Assembly: GCA_005809105.1 (NCBI GenBank) | Contig: SYLI01000068.1 | Span: 4,294-68,293 of the forward strand | Reading direction: 5' to 3' | Length of the DNA stretch: 64,000 bases | Source of the DNA: Verrucomicrobiales bacterium | GTDB lineage: Bacteria; Verrucomicrobiota; Verrucomicrobiia; Limisphaerales; UBA1100 | In this document: in pieces, positions 35,205 through 43,096 of the stretch | How positions within the stretch are numbered: position 1 is the stretch's first letter | How the letters are laid out: every line of letters begins with the position of its first letter | Made by a program: the position numbers and the translations under genes | Notes under the pieces: model-generated | What the model was told of the DNA's origin: nothing | What the model saw: only the letters and a program-made list of their open reading frames with translations | Database searches by the model: none

Positions 35205-35270
35205 ATTAGCAGAACGAATTACGCTTGGGGTCGGTGGAGCTGCCGCGAGCGAGGCCGCGGGCCCGGCGGA

Positions 35271-36005
35271 TCAGTTGCGGTTGCGGAGCTTGGAAAGCAG
35301 GCGAAGGAATTCGACGTAGAGCCAGATCAGCGTGACCATCAGCCCGAAGGCCGCGTACCACTCCATGTATCGGGGCGCGCCGCTCTCGCAACCTTGCTCG
35401 ATGAAATCAAAATCGAGCACGAGGTTGAGCGCGGCAATGACCACCACGAACAGGCTGAATCCGATGCCGACGACGCCGCTTTCGTGGATATAGGGAACCT
35501 GGATTTGGAACAGGTTGAGTATCATCGTGACCAGATAGACCAGCCCGATGGCGCCCGTCGCGGCAAAGACGCCCAGCTTGAAATTCTCAGTGGCCTTGAT
35601 CCAGCCGCTTCGGTACGCCACGAGCAGGGCGAAGAGGGTTCCAAAGGTGAGCCCCACCGCTTCGACCACGATGCCCGGATACATCTTGTTGAAGAACGCC
35701 GAGACGACGCCCAGAAACAGGCCCTGACACGCCGCATACAAGGGCCCGGTCACGGCCGCCCATTGGGGCCGGAAGATGGTGGCGATGGAGGTGACCAAGC
35801 CGCCGATGAGTCCGCCAATCATCCACGGCATGAGGTTGGGATCGCCCGCTTTCACCTTGTCCCAAGTCAGCGCCGCGGACAGCACCACGAGAATCAACAG
35901 CGCCGCGGTCTTGGCAACGGTGCCGTTGAGCGTCATGACGCCTTCGGCTGTGCCTCGCGACTTGGCGAACACTTGAGCGTTGAGTGCAGGATTGGCGGAT
36001 CTCAT
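35271..36005 (-). CDS. Bax inhibitor-1/YccA-like membrane protein
   Basis: MRSANPALN... N-terminus followed by about 7 hydrophobic helices and a charged C-terminal tail, the typical layout of the bacterial BI-1-like family. Confidence 0.7.
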   Translation of the reverse strand: MRSANPALNAQVFAKSRGTAEGVMTLNGTVAKTAALLILVVLSAALTWDKVKAGDPNLMPWMIGGLIGGLVTSIATIFRPQWAAVTGPLYAACQGLFLGVVSAFFNKMYPGIVVEAVGLTFGTLFALLVAYRSGWIKATENFKLGVFAATGAIGLVYLVTMILNLFQIQVPYIHESGVVGIGFSLFVVVIAALNLVLDFDFIEQGCESGAPRYMEWYAAFGLMVTLIWLYVEFLRLLSKLRNRN

Positions 36006-36080
36006 AAGGCGGCCCTCATTGGGGGCCAGTGCCTTTAGCACGGGATGGCTCTGATGTCAAAATGAGCGCCCTGTCTGTGC

Positions 36081-36755
36081 TCACGGCGCCTTGATGGCAC
36101 GAGAAGGGGCAGCGGGAGCCGGAAACGCCGGAGAATTGATGTCCACCACATTGGCTGCAGGAGGCTCTGACACTTCCGTGGCGGGGGCGGGCTTTTGAGA
36201 TTTTGGGCCGACGGATGGTTGCGACGTTGCGGCGGCCGCTGGATCAGCTTGCAATTCCGGCGCGGGGTTTGCGTGCACGGCAAACACAAGGAATGAACCC
36301 GTCAACAACGCCAGTCCTCCCGCCGTGATACCGCCCATGGCCAATCCACTATCGTAGCGGCCACGCGCCCGCGCCGAGCCGCGCAGCAGCGTCAGGGTGC
36401 CGCAGCCAATGGCAAGGATGGTTGCCCCAGCCAGAAGCGAAAAGCCCCAGTGACGGTGGAGCACCACCACGCCCAGACAGAGCACGCCCAGCACGCCAAA
36501 AAACACGGACGCGGCGGCGCTGTGCCCGACGGCATTTGCAGAATCGATGTCCGACGAACTCTCGTCGGCCTCACCGTCCAAGCCGCATTGCAGGACGTGT
36601 TCAACCGGCAGCCACTGTTCGGCATTGTCCGTGGCGCATAACGTCGCAGGGTCAATGGCGCCTTTGGCCAGCAGCCGCTCCACCTGCTCGCGCGAAAGCG
36701 GCCCCTGAACTTGCTCTTGGTGAAAAATGAAATACGCCCCCGTTCTCTCAGCCAC
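36081..36755 (-). CDS. membrane protein with N-terminal GYF-like (GYF_2/DUF4339-type) domain
   Basis: The N-terminus AYFIFHQEQVQGPLSREQVERLLAKGAIDPATLCATDNAEQWLPVEHV fits the bacterial GYF_2 pattern. Three hydrophobic helices and a Pro/Ala-rich tail follow. Confidence 0.6.
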   Translation of the reverse strand: MAERTGAYFIFHQEQVQGPLSREQVERLLAKGAIDPATLCATDNAEQWLPVEHVLQCGLDGEADESSSDIDSANAVGHSAAASVFFGVLGVLCLGVVVLHRHWGFSLLAGATILAIGCGTLTLLRGSARARGRYDSGLAMGGITAGGLALLTGSFLVFAVHANPAPELQADPAAAATSQPSVGPKSQKPAPATEVSEPPAANVVDINSPAFPAPAAPSRAIKAP

Positions 36756-36830
36756 AATCCGACCCTCCTCTCACCGGAAAGACTAAACGCTTTGAGAGCT
36801 TGAAGGCAACTCAAAGTTCCTCGCTGGCGC

Positions 36831-37613
36831 CTAGCGAGGAGGAGGGGGAGGCGGTGGAGGTGGCCCCTTGCCAGCGCTTGGGGGCGGCGGTGGGCTCCCT
36901 GCGACACGTGGCGGCGGCGGAGGTGGAGCAGTCGCGCCCAGTGGGGGCGGAGGCTTGGCTCCTGCTGCGGGCGGTGGAGGTGGCCCTTTGCCAGCGCTTG
37001 GGGGCGGCGGCGGGCTCCCTGCTGCACGTGGTGGTGGTGGCGCACCCGCGGGAGGAGGCGGAACTTTACCGCCAACCGGAGGCGGTGATGCGCCTGCGGA
37101 GCGAGGTGGCGGGGGGGCTCCTGCCGGGGGAGGCGGCTTGGCCACGGACGGCGGCGGCGGCCCGGCTGCCAGTACTGGCATGGGCTTGGCTGTCCCCGGA
37201 GGCGGAGGCCCCTTGGAGGGCGGCGGCGGGCCTGCAGGTTGCGGTGCGGGAGCGTATGCGTTGATGGGCCGCTGCGATGGTGGCGGGGCATGGGCGGGAT
37301 GCGCCGCCCCCGGCGGAGCCGCCGCCAGTGCCGAACGATCCACCCGTATGGTCTGCCGCGAAGCGTCCATCGGCGGCGGTGCCTGAATGCTCTGCGTCGG
37401 CTGACTCTGCGGAGTTGCTTTGGGAACTTGGGGGGCGGCATGGGCCGGTTCGGTCGCCGCCTGTAGCAATTCAGGAGCGATCCGTGGCACCAGAAGCAAA
37501 GTGACCTGCTGGCAATGCGGGCAGCGGATGCGCTTGCCGCACATGTCCGGCGGGTATTCCAGCCGTTCCGCGCAGTGCTGGCAGCGGCACTTGATGACGA
37601 CGTCGTCGATCAT
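36831..37613 (-). CDS. zinc-ribbon protein with extreme polyproline C-terminal region
   Basis: N-terminal Cys4 pattern (CQHC ... CPHC), then 13 runs of 4 or more Pro, ending PPPPPPPPPR. This is the only frame of the three open here that has a sensible N-terminal domain and non-overlapping neighbours. Confidence 0.6.
   Translation of the reverse strand: MIDDVVIKCRCQHCAERLEYPPDMCGKRIRCPHCQQVTLLLVPRIAPELLQAATEPAHAAPQVPKATPQSQPTQSIQAPPPMDASRQTIRVDRSALAAAPPGAAHPAHAPPPSQRPINAYAPAPQPAGPPPPSKGPPPPGTAKPMPVLAAGPPPPSVAKPPPPAGAPPPPRSAGASPPPVGGKVPPPPAGAPPPPRAAGSPPPPPSAGKGPPPPPAAGAKPPPPLGATAPPPPPPRVAGSPPPPPSAGKGPPPPPPPPPR
36851..37030. repeat. direct repeat with 120-bp period inside the polyproline gene
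   Basis: 36851-36910 (gcggtggaggtggccccttgccagcgcttgggggcggcggtgggctccctgc...) recurs at 36971-37030 with only a few mismatches. It encodes the repeated GSPPPPPSAGKGPPPPP unit. Confidence 0.8.
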
Positions 37614-37798
37614 GAGTGCCCGGCTTTAGCCAAGGATGGTTGGGGCACGCATGGGTGCGCACACTATGCGCGCCCGCGGCCGCCTTTCAAGGCATTTGTC
37701 CCGTCCATGGACACGCAATGCCAACCCATGCAGCATGAAAGCTGCTGGCTTGCCCGTGGCTGGGATTAACTTACGCGCGAGCTAAAGGCCCTCAGGGC

Positions 37799-38497
37799 CT
37801 AGTTCTTCTTGGGCGCGACGAGTTGCGGGCGGATGATCGCGCCGCCACCGCCACCACTCCATCCGGTGGCGTACGGGAAGTCCTTGAGCAGCGTGTCAAA
37901 TTGCTTGCGCTGCTCATCGGTGAGCACCTCGCGCTGCTTGGCGCGCATGCCTTCCTGAAGTTCGCGTTGTTGGGCCATGAGCGCATCCTGCAACTTGCGC
38001 ATCGCGTCCTGCTGCTCCTTTTCCACGGCAGCCCATTTCGCCTTCTGCTCGTCGGTCAGCCCAAGCATCCCGGGAAACCCGCCCTTGGTGCTGAATTCCG
38101 TCCACTTCTTACTCTGTTCCTGGGCGCGCTTGCGTTGTTCCTCCTGGAACTTGGCCAGCTTCTCCCGCTGTTCGGGGGTGTACACTTCCTCGACCTTCTG
38201 CTGGTACTCCTTCTGCAGCGCGGCGTATTGCTCGCTGCGCTGGGCGGGGGTCAACTCCTTGTTCTGAAAGATGGCGGTGATTTGTTTGGACTGGTTGGCC
38301 GACAAATCCGCGAGCGCCGCCTTCTGTTTGTCGGTGAGATCGAGCGCGGGGGCGCCGTAGAATCCCTGTCCGGGCACGGCCGCCCCTCCCAACGGGCGCA
38401 CTTGCAGCCGCCTAGGCTCGGCTTTCTCCTGCGCCGAAGCTTGGGAGAGCATCCCTGCCAGAAGTATTGTTCCAGTGATGGTAGCTCGCATAGTCAT
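37799..38497 (-). CDS. periplasmic LTXXQ-motif (CpxP/Spy/ZraP-like) protein
   Basis: Signal-like N-terminus MTMRATITGTILLAGMLSQASA. Repeated LTDKQK, LTPAQR, LTDEQK and LTDEQR motifs in a helical, Gln/Glu/Lys-rich protein. Confidence 0.7.
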   Translation of the reverse strand: MTMRATITGTILLAGMLSQASAQEKAEPRRLQVRPLGGAAVPGQGFYGAPALDLTDKQKAALADLSANQSKQITAIFQNKELTPAQRSEQYAALQKEYQQKVEEVYTPEQREKLAKFQEEQRKRAQEQSKKWTEFSTKGGFPGMLGLTDEQKAKWAAVEKEQQDAMRKLQDALMAQQRELQEGMRAKQREVLTDEQRKQFDTLLKDFPYATGWSGGGGGAIIRPQLVAPKKN

Positions 38498-38605
38498 GGG
38501 TTCTTCAATGTCTGGTTCTCGAAAAGGTTGGACGGGGCCGGCCGTCATTGGCTCCCAAAAAAACCGGGGCGCAGAACGCGCCCCGGTCTTGTAAAGGATG
38601 GTGGA

Positions 38606-39367
38606 CTAGCTCTTCTTGGGCTCGGTGTCCTTCTTTGGCTCCGTCCCCGGACGACGTGTCGGACGGGGCGTGGTTCCATCGGGATTGGTGCCCGGTCGCC
38701 GTGTCGGCTGCGGGTTGGCGCGGATTTCTTTGAGCTTCTTTTTCTGCTCGTCGGTGAGGATGCCTTCGAGTTTCTTCTGCAATTCCTCATTGGCCTCGCG
38801 GTACTTGGCCGCGCGGTCTGCATCGGGCACTTCGCGCAGTTTGCCAAAGATTTCCTGCTGCAGCGCACGCACCTTGGCTTGTTGATCTTCTGAAAGATTG
38901 AGCTGCGCCAACTCGCCGCGACCGCCGCCGAAGCCGCCGCCAAAACCCCCGCCACCGGGGCGCGTCGGCTGTTCCTTGTACTGCTTGAGTTGGTCGGCGC
39001 TCAATATGCCCGCCAGCTTCTCCTCGATGCCTTTGCGGATGGCCGCCATCTTTTCCTGGCGTTGCTCCTGGCTCAAATCGCGGTTCTGGAAGAGCTCGCG
39101 CATCGCCTCGCTCTGTCCATCAAACACCGCCTTCACCTTGGTCGTTTGCTCAGGCGTGAGCTTGAGTTGTTCGGCGATGGCCGCCGCGCGGTCGCGTACG
39201 CCTCCGGGCACGCCTTTGCCCGGTGCGCCCTTGGCGGGGTCGCTCTTGCCCTGCGGCGGGCGTTGAGGCCGGCCCTTGGGTTGTTCCTTGGGCTGATCCT
39301 GAGCCGCCGCCGGCAGCGCCAGTGCCAATCCTGCCGTCAACAAGAACTGTTTCATGGATGGGTTCAT
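38606..39367 (-). CDS. periplasmic LTXXQ-motif (CpxP/Spy-like) protein, second paralogue
   Basis: Signal peptide MKQFLLTAGLALALPAAA. LTPEQT, LSQEQR, LSEDQQ and LTDEQK motifs, plus an internal GGGGFGGGFGGGRG run. Confidence 0.7.
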   Translation of the reverse strand: MNPSMKQFLLTAGLALALPAAAQDQPKEQPKGRPQRPPQGKSDPAKGAPGKGVPGGVRDRAAAIAEQLKLTPEQTTKVKAVFDGQSEAMRELFQNRDLSQEQRQEKMAAIRKGIEEKLAGILSADQLKQYKEQPTRPGGGGFGGGFGGGRGELAQLNLSEDQQAKVRALQQEIFGKLREVPDADRAAKYREANEELQKKLEGILTDEQKKKLKEIRANPQPTRRPGTNPDGTTPRPTRRPGTEPKKDTEPKKS

Positions 39368-39472
39368 GGATGGGTTGTGGTTCGGGAATGCGATTAATTG
39401 CCGCCCGGTACCATAGTTTCGGCAAGACGCGCAATCTCAGGATTTGTTACCGACGGTCACCGGTCGGCGGGG

Positions 39473-40342
39473 TCACACCACCGCCACGCGGTTTTCCAGC
39501 ACGCCGATGCCGCTCACATGGATGCGCACCACATCGCCGGCCGCCAGCGTAAAGGCGTCGCCGGGCACCACGCCCGTGCCGGTCAGCAGCACCGCGCCGT
39601 GGGGGAAATGCTGGCTGCGGCAGAGCCAGCCGGCCAGCTCTTCAAACCCGCGCTTGAGGCTGCCCACCCGCGTTTGCCCGCGGAACACACTGCGGCCGCG
39701 CCGCCGGATGTCCACGCCGATGGCCCAACGCCGCGCCGCCGGTTCATCCACCCCCAGCACAATGCAAGGGCCCATCGCGCAGGAGCGGCGGTACACTTTG
39801 GCCTGGGGCAGGTAGAGCAGGTTTTCGCCCTCGATGTCGCGGGAGCTCATGTCATTGCCGATGGTGAGCCCCGCCACCTTGCCGCGGGAGTTGATCACCA
39901 GCGCCAGTTCCGGCTCGGGCACGTTCCATTTTGCGTCGCGCCGGATGCCCACCTCGTCGCCCGGGCCGACGACTTTTTCGGGCAGCGACTTGAGGAACAG
40001 CTCCGGCCGGGGCGCGTCGTACACGCGGTCGTAAGCCGTCGCAGAAAACTCGCTCTCATCCATGCGCGCCTTGCGACTGCGCAGGTAGGTGACACCGGCG
40101 GCCCACACCTCCTGCCCTTCGACGGGCGCGAGAAGCCGCACGGCGCGCAGGGCGTGGCGCGGAAGCCGCTGCCGGGCCAGCGCCGCCAGCAGGCGCGGGG
40201 CGTCGGCGTTTTCCAGAAGCGGCGTGAGCCGGTCGATGCCCGCGCACGTCAAGTCCAGCACCGCGGCGCCCGAGAGAAGGCCCGGCCGCGCCGGCTGGTC
40301 GCGGAGCTGGAACCGGCAGAGCTTCACCCACGCGGCGCTCAT
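39473..40342 (-). CDS. fumarylacetoacetate hydrolase (FAH) family protein, possibly 2-keto-3-deoxy-pentonate dehydratase-like
   Basis: C-terminal FAH core (GNDMSSRDIEG..., LLTGTGVVPG). The stop overlaps... rather, the upstream aldehyde dehydrogenase stop overlaps its start (40339-40342). Confidence 0.7.
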   Translation of the reverse strand: MSAAWVKLCRFQLRDQPARPGLLSGAAVLDLTCAGIDRLTPLLENADAPRLLAALARQRLPRHALRAVRLLAPVEGQEVWAAGVTYLRSRKARMDESEFSATAYDRVYDAPRPELFLKSLPEKVVGPGDEVGIRRDAKWNVPEPELALVINSRGKVAGLTIGNDMSSRDIEGENLLYLPQAKVYRRSCAMGPCIVLGVDEPAARRWAIGVDIRRRGRSVFRGQTRVGSLKRGFEELAGWLCRSQHFPHGAVLLTGTGVVPGDAFTLAAGDVVRIHVSGIGVLENRVAVV

Positions 40343-41796
40343 GCGGAGTAGTCCAGATAGACCGACTTGACGCGGGTGTAAAAATCAATCGCGCTCGCGC
40401 CCTGTTCCTTGAACGAGTTGCTGCTGGAATGCTTGACGCCGCCAAAGGGCACCTGCAGCGCGAGCCCCGTGGACACCTGATTGATCTTCACCACGCCCGC
40501 CTCGATGCGGTCCACGTAGCGCATGGCCTGGGTGAGGTCGCGGGTGATGACGGACGCCGAGAGGCCGTACTCGATGCCATTGGCAATGGCGAGGGCCTCG
40601 TCGAAGCCGCCCGCCTCGATGACCGCCATCACCGGCCCAAACACTTCCTCTTGGGCAATGCGCGCGCCTGGCTTCACGCCCGTGAGCACCGCCGGGCTCA
40701 TGAAGTGGCCGTGCTCAAGTCCGTCACCATCCAGGCGCTGGCCGCCCCAGACGAGCTCGGCACCTTCGTCGCGGGCTACCTTCACGTAATCCAGATTGCC
40801 CTTGAGTTCGGCCGCGTTCACCGCCGGGCCCATCGTGACGCCCGCGTGCAGGCCGTTGCCCACCTTGATGGCGCGCGCCTTCTCCACGAGCTTCTCGGTG
40901 AAGGCGGCGGCGATTTTCCGATCCACAATGGCGCGGCTGGTGGCGGTGCAAACTTGGCCGGTCTGGCCAAAGCCCGCGGCGGCGACCAAGCGCGCCGCAA
41001 GATCCAGATCGGCGTCGGCCAGCACGATGGTGGGATTCTTGCCGCCCATTTCCATCTGGGCGCGGGCCATGCGCGGTGCGAGCTGCTGGTAGATGGACTG
41101 GCCCACCGCGTGCGACCCCGTGAAGGACAGCGCCACGACATCCGGGTGGGTGGCCAGCGTGTCGCCCACCTCCTTGCCGCTTCCCACCACGACATTGAGC
41201 ACGCCCTTGGGCAAGCCGGCCTCGGCAAAGGCGCGCGCCAGTTCCAGCGCCATCGCGGGTGCCTGACTGGCGGGCTTGAGGACGACCGTGTTGCCCGACA
41301 CCAGCGCAGGCGCCAGCTTCCACGCGGGCAGCGCGATGGGGAAATTCCACGGCGTGATGAGCGCCACCACACCCAGCGGCTCGCGCTTGGTGAAGAGCAT
41401 GTTGTTGGGAAGGTCGTGGGGCACCACCTGTCCGCCGATGGTGTAGCTTAAGCCCGCCATGAACCGGAAGATGTCCACGGTGCGGCCCACCTCCATGCCG
41501 GCCTCGGTCTTGGTCTTGCCTTCCTCGCGCGTGAGCAGCTCGGCCAGCTCCTCGCGCCGGGCGGCGATGTGGTTGGCGACGGCGCTGAGAATCCGCCCAC
41601 GCGCCGGCGGCGTGGTGTCGCGCCATCCGGGAAACGCCGCCTTGGCCGCCTCGATGGCCGCGAGCGCGTCGGCGCGTCCTCCTCGGGCGTAGGCCGTGAC
41701 GGCTTCGCGCGCGTCGGCGGGGTTGTGGTTCTGGAATTGGGCACCCGACTGCGCGGGGGCCCATTCGCCGTTGATGAAATTGCGGTATTCTTTCAT
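40339..41796 (-). CDS. NAD(P)-dependent aldehyde dehydrogenase
   Basis: EMGGKNP (catalytic Glu region), GQVCTATSR (catalytic Cys) and FTGSHAVG. Start at the internal ATG (MKEYRNFINGEW). Confidence 0.85.
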   Translation of the reverse strand: MKEYRNFINGEWAPAQSGAQFQNHNPADAREAVTAYARGGRADALAAIEAAKAAFPGWRDTTPPARGRILSAVANHIAARREELAELLTREEGKTKTEAGMEVGRTVDIFRFMAGLSYTIGGQVVPHDLPNNMLFTKREPLGVVALITPWNFPIALPAWKLAPALVSGNTVVLKPASQAPAMALELARAFAEAGLPKGVLNVVVGSGKEVGDTLATHPDVVALSFTGSHAVGQSIYQQLAPRMARAQMEMGGKNPTIVLADADLDLAARLVAAAGFGQTGQVCTATSRAIVDRKIAAAFTEKLVEKARAIKVGNGLHAGVTMGPAVNAAELKGNLDYVKVARDEGAELVWGGQRLDGDGLEHGHFMSPAVLTGVKPGARIAQEEVFGPVMAVIEAGGFDEALAIANGIEYGLSASVITRDLTQAMRYVDRIEAGVVKINQVSTGLALQVPFGGVKHSSSNSFKEQGASAIDFYTRVKSVYLDYSA

Positions 41797-41849
41797 GCGC
41801 GGGAAGCGGGCAGGAGTGTGCCCGAACGCCCGCGCACCGCAAAACAATT

Positions 41850-42194
41850 TCACGGCGCGGCCAGCGCGTCGGCCTTGGCGGCCAGAACAAAATCGGCCTC
41901 GCTCAGGCCGTTAATCTTGTGCGTCCACACCGTGACTCGCACCCGGCCCCACGCCACGAGCAGGTCGGGATGATGATTCACCGACTCGGCGAGCGCGCCC
42001 ACGCGGTTGGCAAATGCCAGAGCGTCGGCAAAGTTTGCGAAGCGGAACTCCTTTTCCAGATGATGCTCATCCACCACCTGCCAGCCCGGCGGCAGCAGCG
42101 CGTGCAGTGCCGCCAGTTCGCGCCCCTTTAGTGGCGGCACCCTGCCACGGCAGGGCACACAGGCACGTTGATCGAGTGGGCAAGCGGAGTCCAT
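41850..42194 (-). CDS. pterin-4-alpha-carbinolamine dehydratase (PCD/DCoH)
   Basis: LEKEFRFANFADALAFANRVGALAESVNHHPDL...VTVWTH is a canonical PCD core. Confidence 0.85.
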   Translation of the reverse strand: MDSACPLDQRACVPCRGRVPPLKGRELAALHALLPPGWQVVDEHHLEKEFRFANFADALAFANRVGALAESVNHHPDLLVAWGRVRVTVWTHKINGLSEADFVLAAKADALAAP

Positions 42195-42291
42195 CGCAGC
42201 GGGGTCGATGCACGCAGGATAGCGCCGCGGGGGCGCTTGTCCACCCTGCAGGGCTTTGACGCGGCACTAGCCCGCGCGTAGAATCTCCTTC

Positions 42292-42720
42292 GTGCGCTTT
42301 CCGCCGGAGAAGCACTGCGTGATCTACGACGATGCTTGCGGTCTTTGCATCGCGCAAATGCAGCTTCTGGCGCGGCTGGACTGGCGGCACGTCTTGAGGC
42401 TGGTGCCGGCGTCCAGCCCCGACTGCCACTGGCTTGTCCCGAATCTACCGCCTGCCCAGCTGATGGAGGCCATCCATTGCGTGACCACTCGCGGGCGCGT
42501 GTTGCGCGGTGCGCGGGCGCTGCGGTTTGTCGCGCTGCGTCTTCCCCTGTTGGTGCCCGCAGCAATCATGCTGTGGATGCCGGGCATGATTTGGATGGCC
42601 GAGAAGGGCTATGCGTGCTTTAGCGTACAGCGCTACCGCTTTAGCAGGGCGTTGGGCTGCCAGGACGCGTGCGTGCCGGTGCCGCCTGAAGCGCCCGCCC
42701 AGCCGCCGCGTGAATCCTAG
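42292..42720 (+). CDS. thiol-disulfide oxidoreductase DCC family protein (DUF393)
   Basis: N-terminal VIYDDACGLC motif (DxxCxxC) with a GTG start. Confidence 0.75.
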   Translation: MRFPPEKHCVIYDDACGLCIAQMQLLARLDWRHVLRLVPASSPDCHWLVPNLPPAQLMEAIHCVTTRGRVLRGARALRFVALRLPLLVPAAIMLWMPGMIWMAEKGYACFSVQRYRFSRALGCQDACVPVPPEAPAQPPRES

Positions 42721-42745
42721 CCGGTGGGGGCGGGCATTTTTGCGC

Positions 42746-42773
42746 TTGTCAATTGCCGCGCATGGGCTAATTT
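42746..42773 (+). promoter_or_regulatory. candidate sigma-70-like promoter for rpmE
   Basis: TTGTCA (42746-42751), a 16-nt spacer, then TAATTT (42768-42773), 14 nt before the ATG at 42788. By-eye consensus only. Confidence 0.25.
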
Positions 42774-42787
42774 CTCAGCCCATTTTT

Positions 42788-43081
42788 ATGAAGACGGACT
42801 CGCACCCCAAGGAATATCGCCCCGTGGTGTTTCGCGACACCAGCAACAGTGAGGCTTTTCTGACGCGCTCCTGTGTCGCCACGAAGGAAACTACCACGTG
42901 GGAGGACGGCAAGGTGTACCCGCTGCACCTCATGGGCATCAGCAGCACCTCGCACCCATTCTTCACCGGCCACCAGAAGTTTGTGGACACGGCCGGCCGG
43001 GTGGACCGCTATCAGCAGCGTCTGGCCAAGACGCAGGCGATGCAGGCCACCCGCGCCACCGTCAAGCCCAAGCGCAAGTAG
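42788..43081 (+). CDS. rpmE: 50S ribosomal protein L31, type B (no CxxC zinc motif)
   Basis: MKTDSHPKEYRPVVFRDTS...ISSTSHPFFTG. There is only one Cys, so the zinc ribbon of type A is missing. Confidence 0.85.
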   Translation: MKTDSHPKEYRPVVFRDTSNSEAFLTRSCVATKETTTWEDGKVYPLHLMGISSTSHPFFTGHQKFVDTAGRVDRYQQRLAKTQAMQATRATVKPKRK

Positions 43082-43096
43082 CGCCGTTGACTTGTT

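Noticed and set aside
36392-37441. Arg-rich 349-aa minus-strand ORF and Gly-rich 172-aa plus-strand ORF (36868-37386) overlapping the polyproline gene.
   Set aside because: Both are alternative readings of the same GC-rich repeat. The Arg frame would overlap the GYF-like gene by several hundred nt, and the Gly frame lacks any structured domain or sensible context. The proline frame alone has a zinc-ribbon N-terminus and clean gene boundaries.
37703-37712. Perfect 10-bp palindrome GTCCATGGAC in the gap upstream of the polyproline gene.
   Set aside because: Dozens of 10-bp palindromes are expected by chance in 64 kb. It has no flanking extension and no second copy nearby.
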